A program made the position numbers and the translations under genes. This document shows positions 1 to 9,942 of a stretch of DNA of 64,000 nucleotides, in pieces. How positions within the stretch are numbered: the first letter of the stretch is position 1; each line of letters begins with the position of its first letter. The DNA is from Planctomycetota bacterium (lineage in GTDB: Bacteria; Planctomycetota; UBA1135; UBA2386), in the NCBI GenBank assembly GCA_965223545.1, contig OZ245006.1, forward strand, positions 1,472,001 to 1,536,000, in the 5' to 3' direction. The notes below the pieces were generated by a model. It was not told where the DNA came from. It was given only the letters and a program-made list of their open reading frames with translations, and ran no database searches.

Positions 1-1
1 C

Positions 2-2368
2 ACCGGCCTGCTGGGCTGTGAGTTCGAGCGGCGCGGCGAGCACTACGTCATCGCTTCGATCTACGCCGGCGAGAACTGGCACGAGCGCACGCGCAGCCCG
101 TTGACCGAGCCCGGCGTCGACGCCCGGGTCGGCGACTTCGTGCTCGCGATCGACGGCGTGCCGCTGCACGGCGACGACTCGCCCTACCGCCTGCTCGAGA
201 ACACCGTCGGCAAGACGGTGACGTTGACGCTCAACGACACGCCCACCGAGACCGGTGCCCGCCGCGTCAAGGTGCGCCCGATCGCTTCCGAACAAGGCCT
301 GCGCTATCTCGCCTGGGTGCGGCACAACCGCGCGCTGGTGCACGAGCTGTCGGACGGCCGCATCGGCTACGTGCACGTGCCCAACACCGCGGTCGAGGGG
401 CACCGCGAGCTGTTCACCGGCTTCCGCGCCCAGGCGCGCACCGCCGCGGCGATGATCATCGACGACCGCTACAACGGCGGCGGCTGGATCCCCGACCGCA
501 TGGCGTTCGCCCTGGGACAGCCGGTGCTCAACTACTGGGCGCGCCGGCATCAGGGACTGGCGCCGACGCCGCAGTTCGCGTTCGAGGGGCCGATGGCGAT
601 GCTGATCAACGGCTACTCGTCGTCGGGCGGCGACGCGTTTCCGTTCTACTTCCGCGCCACCGGCCGCGGGCCGCTGATCGGCAAGCGAACCTGGGGCGGC
701 CTGGTCGGCTACTCCGGCACGCCACCGCTGGTCGACGGCGGCGGCTTGGCAGTGCCGTCGTTCGCCTTCGTCAACCGGCAAGGCGAGTGGGACGTCGAGG
801 CGGTCGGCGTCGCGCCCGACATCGAGGTTTTCGACGACCCCGCGCTGATCGCCGCCGGCCGCGAGCCGGTGCTCGAGGCCGCCGTCCGGCACCTGCTCGA
901 GCAGCTCGAAGAAGAGCCACCACCCCCACAGCCTCCCGCGCCGCGCGGGCCACGCCGCGACAAGGCCGCCGCCGCCGCCGCCGACCGCACCGCGGCCGTG
1001 TCACCCGAGCTGCCGTGGCCGCGCTTTCGCGGCCCCAACGGCACCGGCATCGCCCACCCCGGGACGTTGCCGGCGGCGTTGGACGCCAGCACGCGCCGCT
1101 TTCGCACCGCGCTGCCGAGCGGCCACTCGTCGCCGGTCGTCGGCGGCGGAGCGGTGTTCTTGACCGCCGAAGACGACGACGCGCTGTGTACGTACGCGCT
1201 CGATGCCGACGACGGCACCGTGCGCTGGCGGGCGGTGGCGCCGCGGCCGCGGCGATCCAAGCTCGACCAACGCAACCATTCGGCGTCGCCCAGCCCGGCC
1301 ATCGACGCCGACACCGTCGCCGTGTTCTTTCAGGACTTCGGCCTCCTGGCCTACGACCACGCCGGCACCGAGCGCTGGCGGATGCCGTTGGGGCCGTTCG
1401 AGAACATCTACGGCATGGGCGCCTCGCCGATCCTGGAGGACGGCGTCGTCTACCTGGCCTGCGACCAAAACCGCGGTTCCTACCTGTTGGCGGTGGACGC
1501 GCAGTCAGGGGAGGTCGTGTTCAAGACCGAGCGTCCGATGGCGCGCAGCGGGCACTGCACTCCGGTGCTCTGGAATACCGGCGGCGCGGACGAGGTGGTC
1601 GTGCCGGGCTCGTTCTTGCTCGACGCGTACGACGCCCGCTCCGGCGAGCGCACATGGTGGGTCGAAGGTCTGGCGGCGGAGATGAAATCGGTGCCGGCGC
1701 TGCACGACGGCGTGCTCTACATCAACGGCTACACCTCGCCCCTCAACCAGCCAGGCAACCAGATCGAGATCCCCGACTTCGAGCCGGTGCTCGCCGAGCA
1801 CGACGGGGATGGCGACGGCAACATCAGCAAGACCGAGATGCCGCGCTCCCGCGCGTCGGGCTACTACGAGTTCTTCGACCTCGACGGGGACGGCCTGCTC
1901 GACGGCACGGACTGGGAGTATCTGCAGAAGTCGATGGCGTCGCTCAACGGACTGCTGGCGATCCGCGCCGGAGGCGCGGGCGACGTCACCGCCGACAACG
2001 TGATCTGGACCAGCCGGCGCGCGGTGCCGCAGCTGCCGTCTCCACTGGTGTACGACGGCGTCCTCTACGTGCTGCAGGACCAGGGCGGCCTACTGCGCAC
2101 CATGCGCCCGGACTCGGGCGAGCTGCTCGCCCGCGGCCGCCTGGAGCACGGCATCGACAACTACTACGCCGCGCCGGTGGCCGGCGACGGCAAGGTCTAC
2201 TTCGTCGGCGAGAGCGGCCTGACCAACATTCTGCCCGCCGGCGGCGGTCTGGAGCCGCTGTGGAGCGGCGACCTCGACGAGCGCTGCTACGCCACGCCAG
2301 CGCTGGCGGCAGGTCGCGTCTACGTGCGCACCGAGCAGGCGCTGCACTGCTTCGGCACGGGTGAGTGA
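2..2368 (+). CDS. Tricorn-like S41 protease C-terminal half (PDZ + peptidase) fused to a PQQ-like beta-propeller with EF-hand-like loops; 5' partial
   Basis: Frame is open from the window start (TGLLGCEF..IYAGENW..RSPLTEPG). Tricorn motifs IGYVHVPN, IIDDRYNGGG, INGYSSSGGD and GKRTWGG are followed by WPRFRGPNG, GHSSPVV, GASPIL, DGDGDGNISKTE and YATPALAAGRVYVRT. Confidence 0.85.
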   Translation, partial: TGLLGCEFERRGEHYVIASIYAGENWHERTRSPLTEPGVDARVGDFVLAIDGVPLHGDDSPYRLLENTVGKTVTLTLNDTPTETGARRVKVRPIASEQGLRYLAWVRHNRALVHELSDGRIGYVHVPNTAVEGHRELFTGFRAQARTAAAMIIDDRYNGGGWIPDRMAFALGQPVLNYWARRHQGLAPTPQFAFEGPMAMLINGYSSSGGDAFPFYFRATGRGPLIGKRTWGGLVGYSGTPPLVDGGGLAVPSFAFVNRQGEWDVEAVGVAPDIEVFDDPALIAAGREPVLEAAVRHLLEQLEEEPPPPQPPAPRGPRRDKAAAAAADRTAAVSPELPWPRFRGPNGTGIAHPGTLPAALDASTRRFRTALPSGHSSPVVGGGAVFLTAEDDDALCTYALDADDGTVRWRAVAPRPRRSKLDQRNHSASPSPAIDADTVAVFFQDFGLLAYDHAGTERWRMPLGPFENIYGMGASPILEDGVVYLACDQNRGSYLLAVDAQSGEVVFKTERPMARSGHCTPVLWNTGGADEVVVPGSFLLDAYDARSGERTWWVEGLAAEMKSVPALHDGVLYINGYTSPLNQPGNQIEIPDFEPVLAEHDGDGDGNISKTEMPRSRASGYYEFFDLDGDGLLDGTDWEYLQKSMASLNGLLAIRAGGAGDVTADNVIWTSRRAVPQLPSPLVYDGVLYVLQDQGGLLRTMRPDSGELLARGRLEHGIDNYYAAPVAGDGKVYFVGESGLTNILPAGGGLEPLWSGDLDERCYATPALAAGRVYVRTEQALHCFGTGE

Positions 2369-2380
2369 GAGCGCGCGGAT

Positions 2381-2660
2381 TCAGAACGTGTGCGCCAACA
2401 CGTTGCCGCTCCGGCAGCCGCCCAGGTCGACGGCCTGCAGCAACACCGAGACGCCGGCGAGCGCCGCTGGCACCGGATGGCGCTGGACCAAGCCACCGCC
2501 CTCGTCGGCGAAGCCAAACCCGAGCACGACCGGCGCGGCGATGCCGAGGGTCTGCCCCGGGCACGGTAGGGCGAGGTTGCCGCGCTGCACGCCGACCGCG
2601 ACCGCGGTCAGGGCGCCGGCCTGCAGACCCCGATGCGCGAACACGTTCGAGGTCCCCTGC
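2381..2660 (-). pseudogene. Orphan C-terminal fragment of a secreted protein (shared C-terminal domain); 5' boundary approximate
   Basis: The translation ..CPGQTLGIAAPVVLGFGFADEGG..PVPAALAGVSVLLQAVDLGGCRSGNVLAHTF* resembles the C-termini of other secreted proteins in this window. No plausible N-terminus or signal peptide. Confidence 0.5.
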
Positions 2661-2691
2661 TGCTCCGGGCTGGGGAAGCCACGACAAGAAA

Positions 2692-3711
2692 ATGTTGTCG
2701 CAGCTCGACGATTTGAGGCGCCGGACGCTCCTTGCGCGCGCGCGGCACACTCGACGATGGCCGCGACTACTTGATCATGGACTGCGTCGACGGCGCGCGC
2801 CTCGACCGCCACTGCGCCACCCTCGCCCGCACCCTGGACGCGCGCCTGCGCCTACTGATCGCGCTGTGCGCCGCGGTCCACCACGCCCACACCCACGCCC
2901 TGGTGCACGGCGACCTCAAGCCGGCAAACATCACGGTCACTGGCGCCGGCCAACCGGTCGTGCTCGACTTCGGCAACGCGGATCATGCGGCATCGGCGAC
3001 CAGGGGACCCCGCGCGTTGACGCCGCGCTACGCGAGCCCCGAACAGCTGGCCGGTGGCGCCCTCACCACCGCCAGCGACATCTATTCTCTCGGCGTGAAC
3101 ACCGGCGAGCTCGGTGACACAGCCCACCCACGCCCGGCCGCGCGCCTGCGCCGGCAGCTCGCAACGGTTCTCGCGCGGGCCACCGCGGAGGCGCCGGCCG
3201 ATCGCTACGCCTCGGCAGCGCAGTTGGCGATCGATCTGGCGCGCGTGCGCGACGGCGAACGCGTGCGGCCTCCGGCGCCCGCGGTGCCGTCGCGCGCCGG
3301 TGGCACCGGCTGGGCGCCGCCGCGTTGGTGAGCGCGACCGTCGGCCTGGCAATCGCGTCCGGCACACACCGCGCGCAGCGCGCCGAGCGCGACGGGCTGG
3401 CCGTATCCGAGTTCTTGGTGCGCCTGCTCGACCGGGCGCAACCAGACGCTCTGGGCACCGACGCCACGTTGGTCGCCGCCCTCGACGCCGCCGAGCAGGA
3501 CTTCGAGCGGACGTTTGCCGGCCACGCCAACGCCGAGGCGCGGGTGCGCATGGCGTATGCGCGCGCCAACGCTCAGCTGGGGCGCTGGTCCGACGTCGAG
3601 CGTCACGCGGAACGCGCGCTGCGGCTCATCGCCGCGCTGCCGGAGTTCCACCCCGGCAGTGCAGAGTACTGCCGGGAGCTGCTGGCGCGCGCTCGCGGCC
3701 GATCGCCGTAA
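2692..3711 (+). pseudogene. N-terminally truncated, frameshifted Ser/Thr protein kinase (kinase + TPR-like tail)
   Basis: HGDLKPAN, VLDFG, TPRYASPEQ and SDIYSLG lie in 2732-3331, with no Gly-loop or VAIK. The tail typical of these kinases (EFLVRLL..QPD..AEARVR) continues in another frame (3325-3711). Confidence 0.75.
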
Positions 3712-3723
3712 CCGAAGGGGCAA

Positions 3724-4839
3724 TCAGCGAAAGACACCGTCGAAACGCACGATCGCTGGCGGGACCTCGTAGGTCGTACTGCCGAACGCCCTCAGCGCGT
3801 GCACGTGGTAGCGCGGGGCACGCCCGATCTGCACGTCGATGCCGTTGGTCGAGGTCACGCCGAGCGGGTTGCTGCCGTCGAGCATCATGCCCTGCGCAAA
3901 GACCGGGCTTCCCAGCAGGCCGGGGTTGTTCGGAATCGGCAGACTCACCAGCGCGAAGCGGCGGCAGATCGCCTGCACCCCGACCGGACCGCTGACGTAG
4001 ACCCGAACGGAGGAGGCCAGCTCGGCGAAATCGGGTGAGACCAACAGACTCTCTCCGGGTGCACCGAACGGCGTCAGGTCGAGCGGTAGGGCGACGCCGG
4101 TCGGCAGCAGTCGGCTGGCGGAAGCCCCGAGCAGGAGGACCATTGGCCCGGTCGCATGGCAGGCCACGAAGTCCAGCCGGCCACCGAGGACAGGGTCCCC
4201 TCCCAGGGTGGGGAAGGCCCCCTGCTCGAGCAGGTTCGCGCGCCGCGGCCCGAACGGCCGCGCGGCGGCCGGCACCGGTTCGGCGTCGAGCGGGTAACCA
4301 TCGATCGTCTGCGTCCCCGATGCGGTGATCTCGATCACGAGCGTCGCATGCTGGCGAGGATCGACCAGCACCGGCTGGGGGAACGGCAGGTGCACGCTCC
4401 ACGCCGCCGGGCTGCCGTCGCGCGGCCCGGCCGGCAAGGGCGGCAGGCTGGCCCACCCGCGGTGCACGGCGACGGTGGCGCCGCGATTCGCACTCATCGA
4501 CGGGTTCAGCGGCAAGGAGGCGCTCAGCAAGTGCACGTCGACGTCCAGCGCAGTGAAGCTCTTCTGCGGGAACGACTGCAGGACCGCCGCCGGATGCCGG
4601 CTGCCGCGCAGCCAGATCCCCGTGATCGTCGCCCCGCGCGGCGCCAGCTGCGCCGTGTCGAAGCCCAGCTGGACCTGACCGTCGATCGAGAGCGCGTCGC
4701 TGATCGAGTGGCCGGCGCGCGGACCGGCGCCAGGCGGCATCACCACCTGGGCGGTGGCGGCGGACACCGCGAGAACGCCGGCGAGCCAGCCGAGACCGAG
4801 ACCTGGGGAACAACGGAGGCGGCTGGAGGTCGGGAACAT
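3724..4839 (-). CDS. Secreted hypothetical protein
   Basis: Signal peptide ending ATAQ. Contains LPIPNNPGLLGSPVFAQG..TSTNG. Distantly similar in layout to 20299-21363. Confidence 0.7.
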   Translation of the reverse strand: MFPTSSRLRCSPGLGLGWLAGVLAVSAATAQVVMPPGAGPRAGHSISDALSIDGQVQLGFDTAQLAPRGATITGIWLRGSRHPAAVLQSFPQKSFTALDVDVHLLSASLPLNPSMSANRGATVAVHRGWASLPPLPAGPRDGSPAAWSVHLPFPQPVLVDPRQHATLVIEITASGTQTIDGYPLDAEPVPAAARPFGPRRANLLEQGAFPTLGGDPVLGGRLDFVACHATGPMVLLLGASASRLLPTGVALPLDLTPFGAPGESLLVSPDFAELASSVRVYVSGPVGVQAICRRFALVSLPIPNNPGLLGSPVFAQGMMLDGSNPLGVTSTNGIDVQIGRAPRYHVHALRAFGSTTYEVPPAIVRFDGVFR

Positions 4840-5083
4840 GCGCAGCTCGGGAGCAAGCGCCGTTCCAGGCGGCCACGGCCTCTCCGCGCGCGCAACGACC
4901 AGGGATCGTTACGCCAGGGCCCCCACAAGCCCAAGACCGGCCCTCGATCGGCTTTCCGGAAACGAGACAGCGCCGACTCCTCCGCCGCACCGGCACTGCC
5001 GACGGGGCACTCTTCTGCACCGGCCAGCCCGCGCGGACAAATCACGAAAGACCACTTGAGCTGCCGGCGTTGGTACCCGACAC

Positions 5084-5098
5084 TGAGACTCAGTCGCA
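5084..5098. promoter_or_regulatory. Putative Fur-type 7-1-7 operator upstream of bfd
   Basis: TGAGACT-C-AGTCGCA (inverted repeat, 1 mismatch) ends 7 nt before the bfd ATG. It overlaps a candidate promoter TTGAGC-N17-GACACT (5056-5084). Confidence 0.5.
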
Positions 5099-5105
5099 AC
5101 AACTC

Positions 5106-5306
5106 ATGATCGTCTGCTCCTGCTTCGGAACCACTGACCGCGAGATCCGCGCCGCTTTCGGCCCCGGTGGCGACCGCCGCTGTCCGGCCGGTCGCGGCTG
5201 CGGCGGCTGCCGGAGGTTGGTCCAGTCCATCGCCAACCAGGCCGCCGACCCCGCCCGCACCGACGGTGCGGAGCGCCGCTCCGCCCCGCGCCGCGACTCC
5301 ATCTGA
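5106..5306 (+). CDS. bfd: Bacterioferritin-associated [2Fe-2S] ferredoxin
   Basis: MIVCSC..TDREIR..CGGC motif, directly upstream of bfr. Confidence 0.85.
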   Translation: MIVCSCFGTTDREIRAAFGPGGDRRCPAGRGCGGCRRLVQSIANQAADPARTDGAERRSAPRRDSI

Positions 5307-5394
5307 GGCTGCCGCGCGGGTCGACTCTCGGATCGGCTCGGGTCGGCTTGTTCTCCGCTTGCAGCGGGTTGGCCGCCGCCCTAAGCCTTTGGCC

Positions 5395-5865
5395 ATGCGC
5401 GGCGATCCGGCCATCATCGAGGTTCTCAACGAGATCCTCACGTCCGAGCTCACGGCGATCAACCAGTACTACGTGCACTACAAGATGTGCGAGAACTGGG
5501 GCTACCCGCGGATCGCGGCCAAGAAGCGGGAAGAGTCGATCGAGGAGATGCGCCACGCCGACCGGGTGATCGGCCGCATCCTCTATCTCGACGGTGTGCC
5601 GAACATGCAGCGGCTCGATCCGGTGCGCGTCGGCGAGAGCGTCCCGGAGCAGCACCGGGTCGACCTCGAGCTCGAGGTCGATGCGGTGCAGCGCCTCAAC
5701 CGCGCCATCGGCCTCTGCCGTGACAAGGGCGACAACGGCACGCGGGAGATGCTCGAGGAGATGCTGCGCGAGGAGGAGGAGTCGGTCGACTGGCTCGAGG
5801 CGCAGCTGACGATCCTCGCCGACATCGGCACCGAACGCTATCTCGCCGAGCAGCTGCGCGACTGA
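5395..5865 (+). CDS. bfr: Bacterioferritin
   Basis: MRGD..LTSELTAINQY, EESIEEMRHAD, RILYLDGVPN; 156 aa. Confidence 0.97.
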   Translation: MRGDPAIIEVLNEILTSELTAINQYYVHYKMCENWGYPRIAAKKREESIEEMRHADRVIGRILYLDGVPNMQRLDPVRVGESVPEQHRVDLELEVDAVQRLNRAIGLCRDKGDNGTREMLEEMLREEEESVDWLEAQLTILADIGTERYLAEQLRD

Positions 5866-5906
5866 GCCCGCGATCGCGGCCCCCGGAGCGTGCTACCATC
5901 CCGGGC

Positions 5907-8408
5907 ATGCGCTCCATGCTCATCCTCTCGCTGCTGGTTTCGAGCGGCGGTCTGATCGCCCAGGAACCCGATCTCCCCGCCGAGGGCCATTCGCACATCG
6001 GCGAGGCCTTCAACGAGGGACCGCGGCAGGCGGCGTACTTGATGGACGGGATGAACCCGGCCATCGAGTTCCCGGTGACGACCACCGACCCGCGCGCCCA
6101 GGCGTTCGTCCAGCAGGGGCTCGTCCAGCTGCACGGCTTCTGGTACTTCGAGGCCGAGCGCTCGTTCCGCCAGGCCGCCGCGCACGACCCCGACTGTGCC
6201 ATGGCCTACTGGGGCATGGCGCTGTCGAACGTCGAGAACGAGGCGCGGGCGCACGACTTCGCCGCCAAGGCGCATCGACTGCGGGACAGCGTCACCGAGC
6301 GGGAGCAGCACTACATCGACGCGGTGGCGCGGCTGTTCGGCGCCGACGAGGAAGAGGAAGCCGACCCGGGGGACGACGGCGACGAGGCCGAGAGCGACGG
6401 TGGCGGCGATGCCGAGTCCGCGGACGATGCCGAGGCCGACGTCGAAGCCGATGACGATGACCAAGCCGACGAGGAAGCCCCCCCGCGCTGGACGCCACCG
6501 GCGGCGCGCAGCGACGAGGACAAGTCCCGGCGCCGGCGCTTCGTTCGCGATCTCGAGGATCTGATCCACGCCTTCCCCGACGACGTCGAGGCCAAGGCCC
6601 TGCTCGTCAACCAGCTCTGGCTCAACACCCGCGCCGGCATCCGCATCGAGAGCCGCGGCGCCAACCAAGCGCTGCTCGACCAGGTGTTCGCCCGCTACCC
6701 GCTGCACCCAGCCCACCACTACCGCGTGCATCTGTGGGACCAGCGCGACAACGCCGACAAGGTCACCGACTCGGCGGCGCTGATCGGCCACTCGGCACCC
6801 GGGATCGCGCACATGTGGCACATGGGCGGCCACATCTGGGCGCGCCTCGACCGGCACGCCGACGCGGCGTGGCAGCAGGAGGCCTCGGCCCGCGTCGACC
6901 ACGCGCAGATGCGCCGCGACTGGCTCTTGCCCGACCAGATCCACAACTACGCGCACAACAACGAGTGGCTGTGCCGCAGCCTGCGCCACGTCGGCCGCGT
7001 CGAGGACGCCATCGCGCTGGCCAAGAACATGGTCGAGCTGCCGCGGCACCCGAAGTGGAACACTGCCGACAAGTTCTCCGCCAGTGCCAGGTACGGACCG
7101 CGGCGGCTGCTCGAGGTGCTCGAGACCTACGAGGCCTGGGACCAGGTGCTGGCGCTCGCCGACACGATGTACCTCGACCCTGGTGACGACCCGGTGTGGC
7201 GCGCGCGCAAGCTCTACCTCTTGGGCCGCGTGCGGTTCGCACAGGCCGACCGGACCGCTCTGGCGGCGATCGTCGAGCAGGCCGAAGACGTGCTGGCGGA
7301 TGCGCGCGCGGCGCGGGCCGAAGCGATCGACAGCGCCGAAGAGGAAGCGCTGTGCGCGGGCGAATCGAGCCGCGACGTCGAGTCCGCGATCGATGACGCG
7401 GCGCGTCCCAAGACGCGCACCGTGCGCCAGGTGCGCGACGTGCGCCGCTCGCTGTCCGCGCTGCTCGCCTGGCTGGACGACGACCGCGAGGAGGCCCTGA
7501 AGACACTCGACGCGGTCGGCCACGACCGCCCCCACCTGGCCCGCCTGTGGCTGGAGCACGGCGACGCGGAGAAGGCGATCGAAGTCGCCGAGCGCGCGTG
7601 CAAGGACGAGGGCCGCGCCGCGCCGTTGGCCAACTTGGTGTGGATCCTGCACCAAGCGGGCGAAGCCGAGCGCGCCGCCGAGCGCTTCACCGAGCTGCGC
7701 GCGCTGTCCGCGCACTTCGACCTCGACTACGCGCCGTTCCGCCGGGTCGCCCCGGTCGCGGCCGCGGCGGGCCTGCACGGGGACTGGCGGATCGCAGCCG
7801 AGGCCGCCGCCGACACCGGCGAACGCCCGCAGCTCGATGAGCTCGGACCGTTCCGCTGGACGCCGGTGGACGCTCCGGACTTCGCGCTGCCCGGGCCCGA
7901 CGGAACGCTCACCACGCTCGCTGCCCGCCGCGGCAAGCCGACGCTGCTGGTGTTCTTCTTGGGATTCGGCTGCGTGCACTGCGTCGAGCAGCTGCAGGCG
8001 CTGGCGCCGGCACAGGATCGCTTTGCCGCGGAGGGCATCGATCTGTTGACGATCGGCACCGACACGGTCGAGCAGCTGACGACGTCCTTCGGCGGCCGCG
8101 AGCCCGAGCACCGCTACGAGTTTCCGGTGCTCGCCGACCCCGAGCTCGACGTGTTCCGCCGCTACCGCTGCTACGACGACTTCGAGAAGATGGCGCTGCA
8201 CGGCACCTTCTTGCTCGACGCCGACGGCAGGGTGCGCTGGCACGACATCGGCTACGAGCCGTTCATGGACGTCGACTTCCTGCTCGGGGAGTCGCGCCGG
8301 CTGCTGGCGTTGCCCGTCGACGACGCGCCCGCGGTGTCGGCGCACGAGCTGATCGAGGCGAGCGCCAGCCGCGACGCCGCCGGCGACACATCGGGCGCCG
8401 GCCGCTGA
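5907..8408 (+). CDS. Secreted TPR-like protein with C-terminal redoxin (AhpC/TSA-like) domain
   Basis: Signal peptide; GHSHIGEAFNEGPRQ, LHGFWYFEAERSF, PAHHYRVHLWD, HMWHMGGHI; C-terminal APDFAL..CVHCVEQL..HGTFLLD. Confidence 0.85.
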   Translation: MRSMLILSLLVSSGGLIAQEPDLPAEGHSHIGEAFNEGPRQAAYLMDGMNPAIEFPVTTTDPRAQAFVQQGLVQLHGFWYFEAERSFRQAAAHDPDCAMAYWGMALSNVENEARAHDFAAKAHRLRDSVTEREQHYIDAVARLFGADEEEEADPGDDGDEAESDGGGDAESADDAEADVEADDDDQADEEAPPRWTPPAARSDEDKSRRRRFVRDLEDLIHAFPDDVEAKALLVNQLWLNTRAGIRIESRGANQALLDQVFARYPLHPAHHYRVHLWDQRDNADKVTDSAALIGHSAPGIAHMWHMGGHIWARLDRHADAAWQQEASARVDHAQMRRDWLLPDQIHNYAHNNEWLCRSLRHVGRVEDAIALAKNMVELPRHPKWNTADKFSASARYGPRRLLEVLETYEAWDQVLALADTMYLDPGDDPVWRARKLYLLGRVRFAQADRTALAAIVEQAEDVLADARAARAEAIDSAEEEALCAGESSRDVESAIDDAARPKTRTVRQVRDVRRSLSALLAWLDDDREEALKTLDAVGHDRPHLARLWLEHGDAEKAIEVAERACKDEGRAAPLANLVWILHQAGEAERAAERFTELRALSAHFDLDYAPFRRVAPVAAAAGLHGDWRIAAEAAADTGERPQLDELGPFRWTPVDAPDFALPGPDGTLTTLAARRGKPTLLVFFLGFGCVHCVEQLQALAPAQDRFAAEGIDLLTIGTDTVEQLTTSFGGREPEHRYEFPVLADPELDVFRRYRCYDDFEKMALHGTFLLDADGRVRWHDIGYEPFMDVDFLLGESRRLLALPVDDAPAVSAHELIEASASRDAAGDTSGAGR

Positions 8409-8424
8409 CGCTCAGCGTCGCTCG

Positions 8425-9882
8425 TCAGCGCTTACGGCCGCCGAGGAAGTCCTGCAAGCCGCCGCGGCCCTTGCCCTTGCCGCCCCCACGCCCACCGGGC
8501 ATCGGCAGATTGCCGAGATCGGGCATGCCGGGTCCGCCCATGCCCCCCATCCCGTCCATGCCGCCGCCGAGCGCGCCGAAGTCCGGCATGCCGCCCTTGC
8601 CGAGCTTCTTCATCATGCCCTGCATCATCTTGAACTGCTTGATCATGTCGTGCACGGCCTGCAGCTCGTTGCCACTCCCGCGGGCGATGCGCCGGCGGCG
8701 CTCCATGTCGATCACGTCCGGGTTGCGGCGCTCGACCGGCGTCATCGACAGCACGATCGCCTCGATCCGCTTGAAGTGACCATCGTCCAGGTCGACGTCC
8801 TTCATCGCCTGGCCGATGCCCGGCAGCTTGCCGAGCAGCCCCTTCAGCGAACCCATCTTGCGGATCATGTTCATCGACCGCAGAAAGTCTTCGAAGTTGA
8901 AGCGACCGCGCTGCATCTTGCGCGCCGTCCGCTCGGCCTCCTTCTCGTCGATGACCTCCTGCGCCTGCTCCACCAGGCCGACGACGTCGCCCATGCCGAG
9001 GATGCGACCGGCCATGCGCGAGGGGTCGAACTGCTCGAACTCGTCGGGCTTCTCGCCGACACCGGCGAACAGGATCGGTACTCCCGTGACTTTGACGACG
9101 CTGAGCGCGGCGCCGCCGCGCGCATCACCGTCGACCTTGGTCAGCACGACGCCGTGCAGCGGGAGGCGCTGGTGGAACTCGAGGGCCGAGTTGACCGCGT
9201 CCTGACCGAGCATCGCGTCGCACACCAACAGCGTGCCGTGCGGCTTGCAGCGGGACTGGATCTGTTCCAGCTCGCGCATCAGGTCGTCGTCGATGTGCAG
9301 GCGGCCGGCGGTGTCGAGGATCACGACGTCGTGCATGGCGCGCTTGGCCGCCTCGATGCCCCGCGCACACACCTCCGGCGGCCGGCCGTCGGTGCCCTCG
9401 GCGTGCACCGCGATGTCGAGCTGCTTGCCCAGAGTCTGCAGCTGGTCCACCGCCGCCGGCCGCTGCAGGTCGGCCGCCACCAGCAGCGGGTTCTTCTTGT
9501 GGCGGCGGCGCAGCCACAGCGCCAGCTTGGCGCAGGTCGTCGTCTTGCCGGCGCCCTGCAGGCCGGCCATCATCAGCACCAGGGGCGGCTTGTCGGCGAC
9601 CGGCAGCGGCTTGGTATCGCCGCCGAGCAGATCGGTGAGCGCGTCGTGGAAGACCTTGACGAACTGGTCGCCGGGGTTGACCGCCTTGATGACCTCCTGG
9701 CCGAGCGCCCGCTCCTTGACGTCCTTGATGAACTCCTTGGCGACCTTGAAGTTGACGTCGGCCTCGAGCAGCGCCTGCCGCACGGCGCGGATCCCGTCCT
9801 CGACGTTCTTCTCGGTCAGGACCTTCTGCCCGGCGAGCGAGGACCAGGCCTTGTTGAGTGCGCCGGCGAGAGAATCGAACAT
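8425..9882 (-). CDS. ffh: Signal recognition particle protein
   Basis: LLEADVN, GLQGAGKTTT, DTAGRLHID, TKVDGDARGGAALS, RILGMGD, M-domain. Confidence 0.98.
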   Translation of the reverse strand: MFDSLAGALNKAWSSLAGQKVLTEKNVEDGIRAVRQALLEADVNFKVAKEFIKDVKERALGQEVIKAVNPGDQFVKVFHDALTDLLGGDTKPLPVADKPPLVLMMAGLQGAGKTTTCAKLALWLRRRHKKNPLLVAADLQRPAAVDQLQTLGKQLDIAVHAEGTDGRPPEVCARGIEAAKRAMHDVVILDTAGRLHIDDDLMRELEQIQSRCKPHGTLLVCDAMLGQDAVNSALEFHQRLPLHGVVLTKVDGDARGGAALSVVKVTGVPILFAGVGEKPDEFEQFDPSRMAGRILGMGDVVGLVEQAQEVIDEKEAERTARKMQRGRFNFEDFLRSMNMIRKMGSLKGLLGKLPGIGQAMKDVDLDDGHFKRIEAIVLSMTPVERRNPDVIDMERRRRIARGSGNELQAVHDMIKQFKMMQGMMKKLGKGGMPDFGALGGGMDGMGGMGGPGMPDLGNLPMPGGRGGGKGKGRGGLQDFLGGRKR

Positions 9883-9942
9883 GGCCTGGCTCAGGGTAGC
9901 GCCGCCACGGGAGACCACCAACCCAAAGCACGCGCCGCCGGA

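Noticed and set aside
8425..8600. Gly/Met-rich repetitive tail of Ffh
   Set aside because: Low-complexity tails are common in Ffh proteins and are not a separate element.
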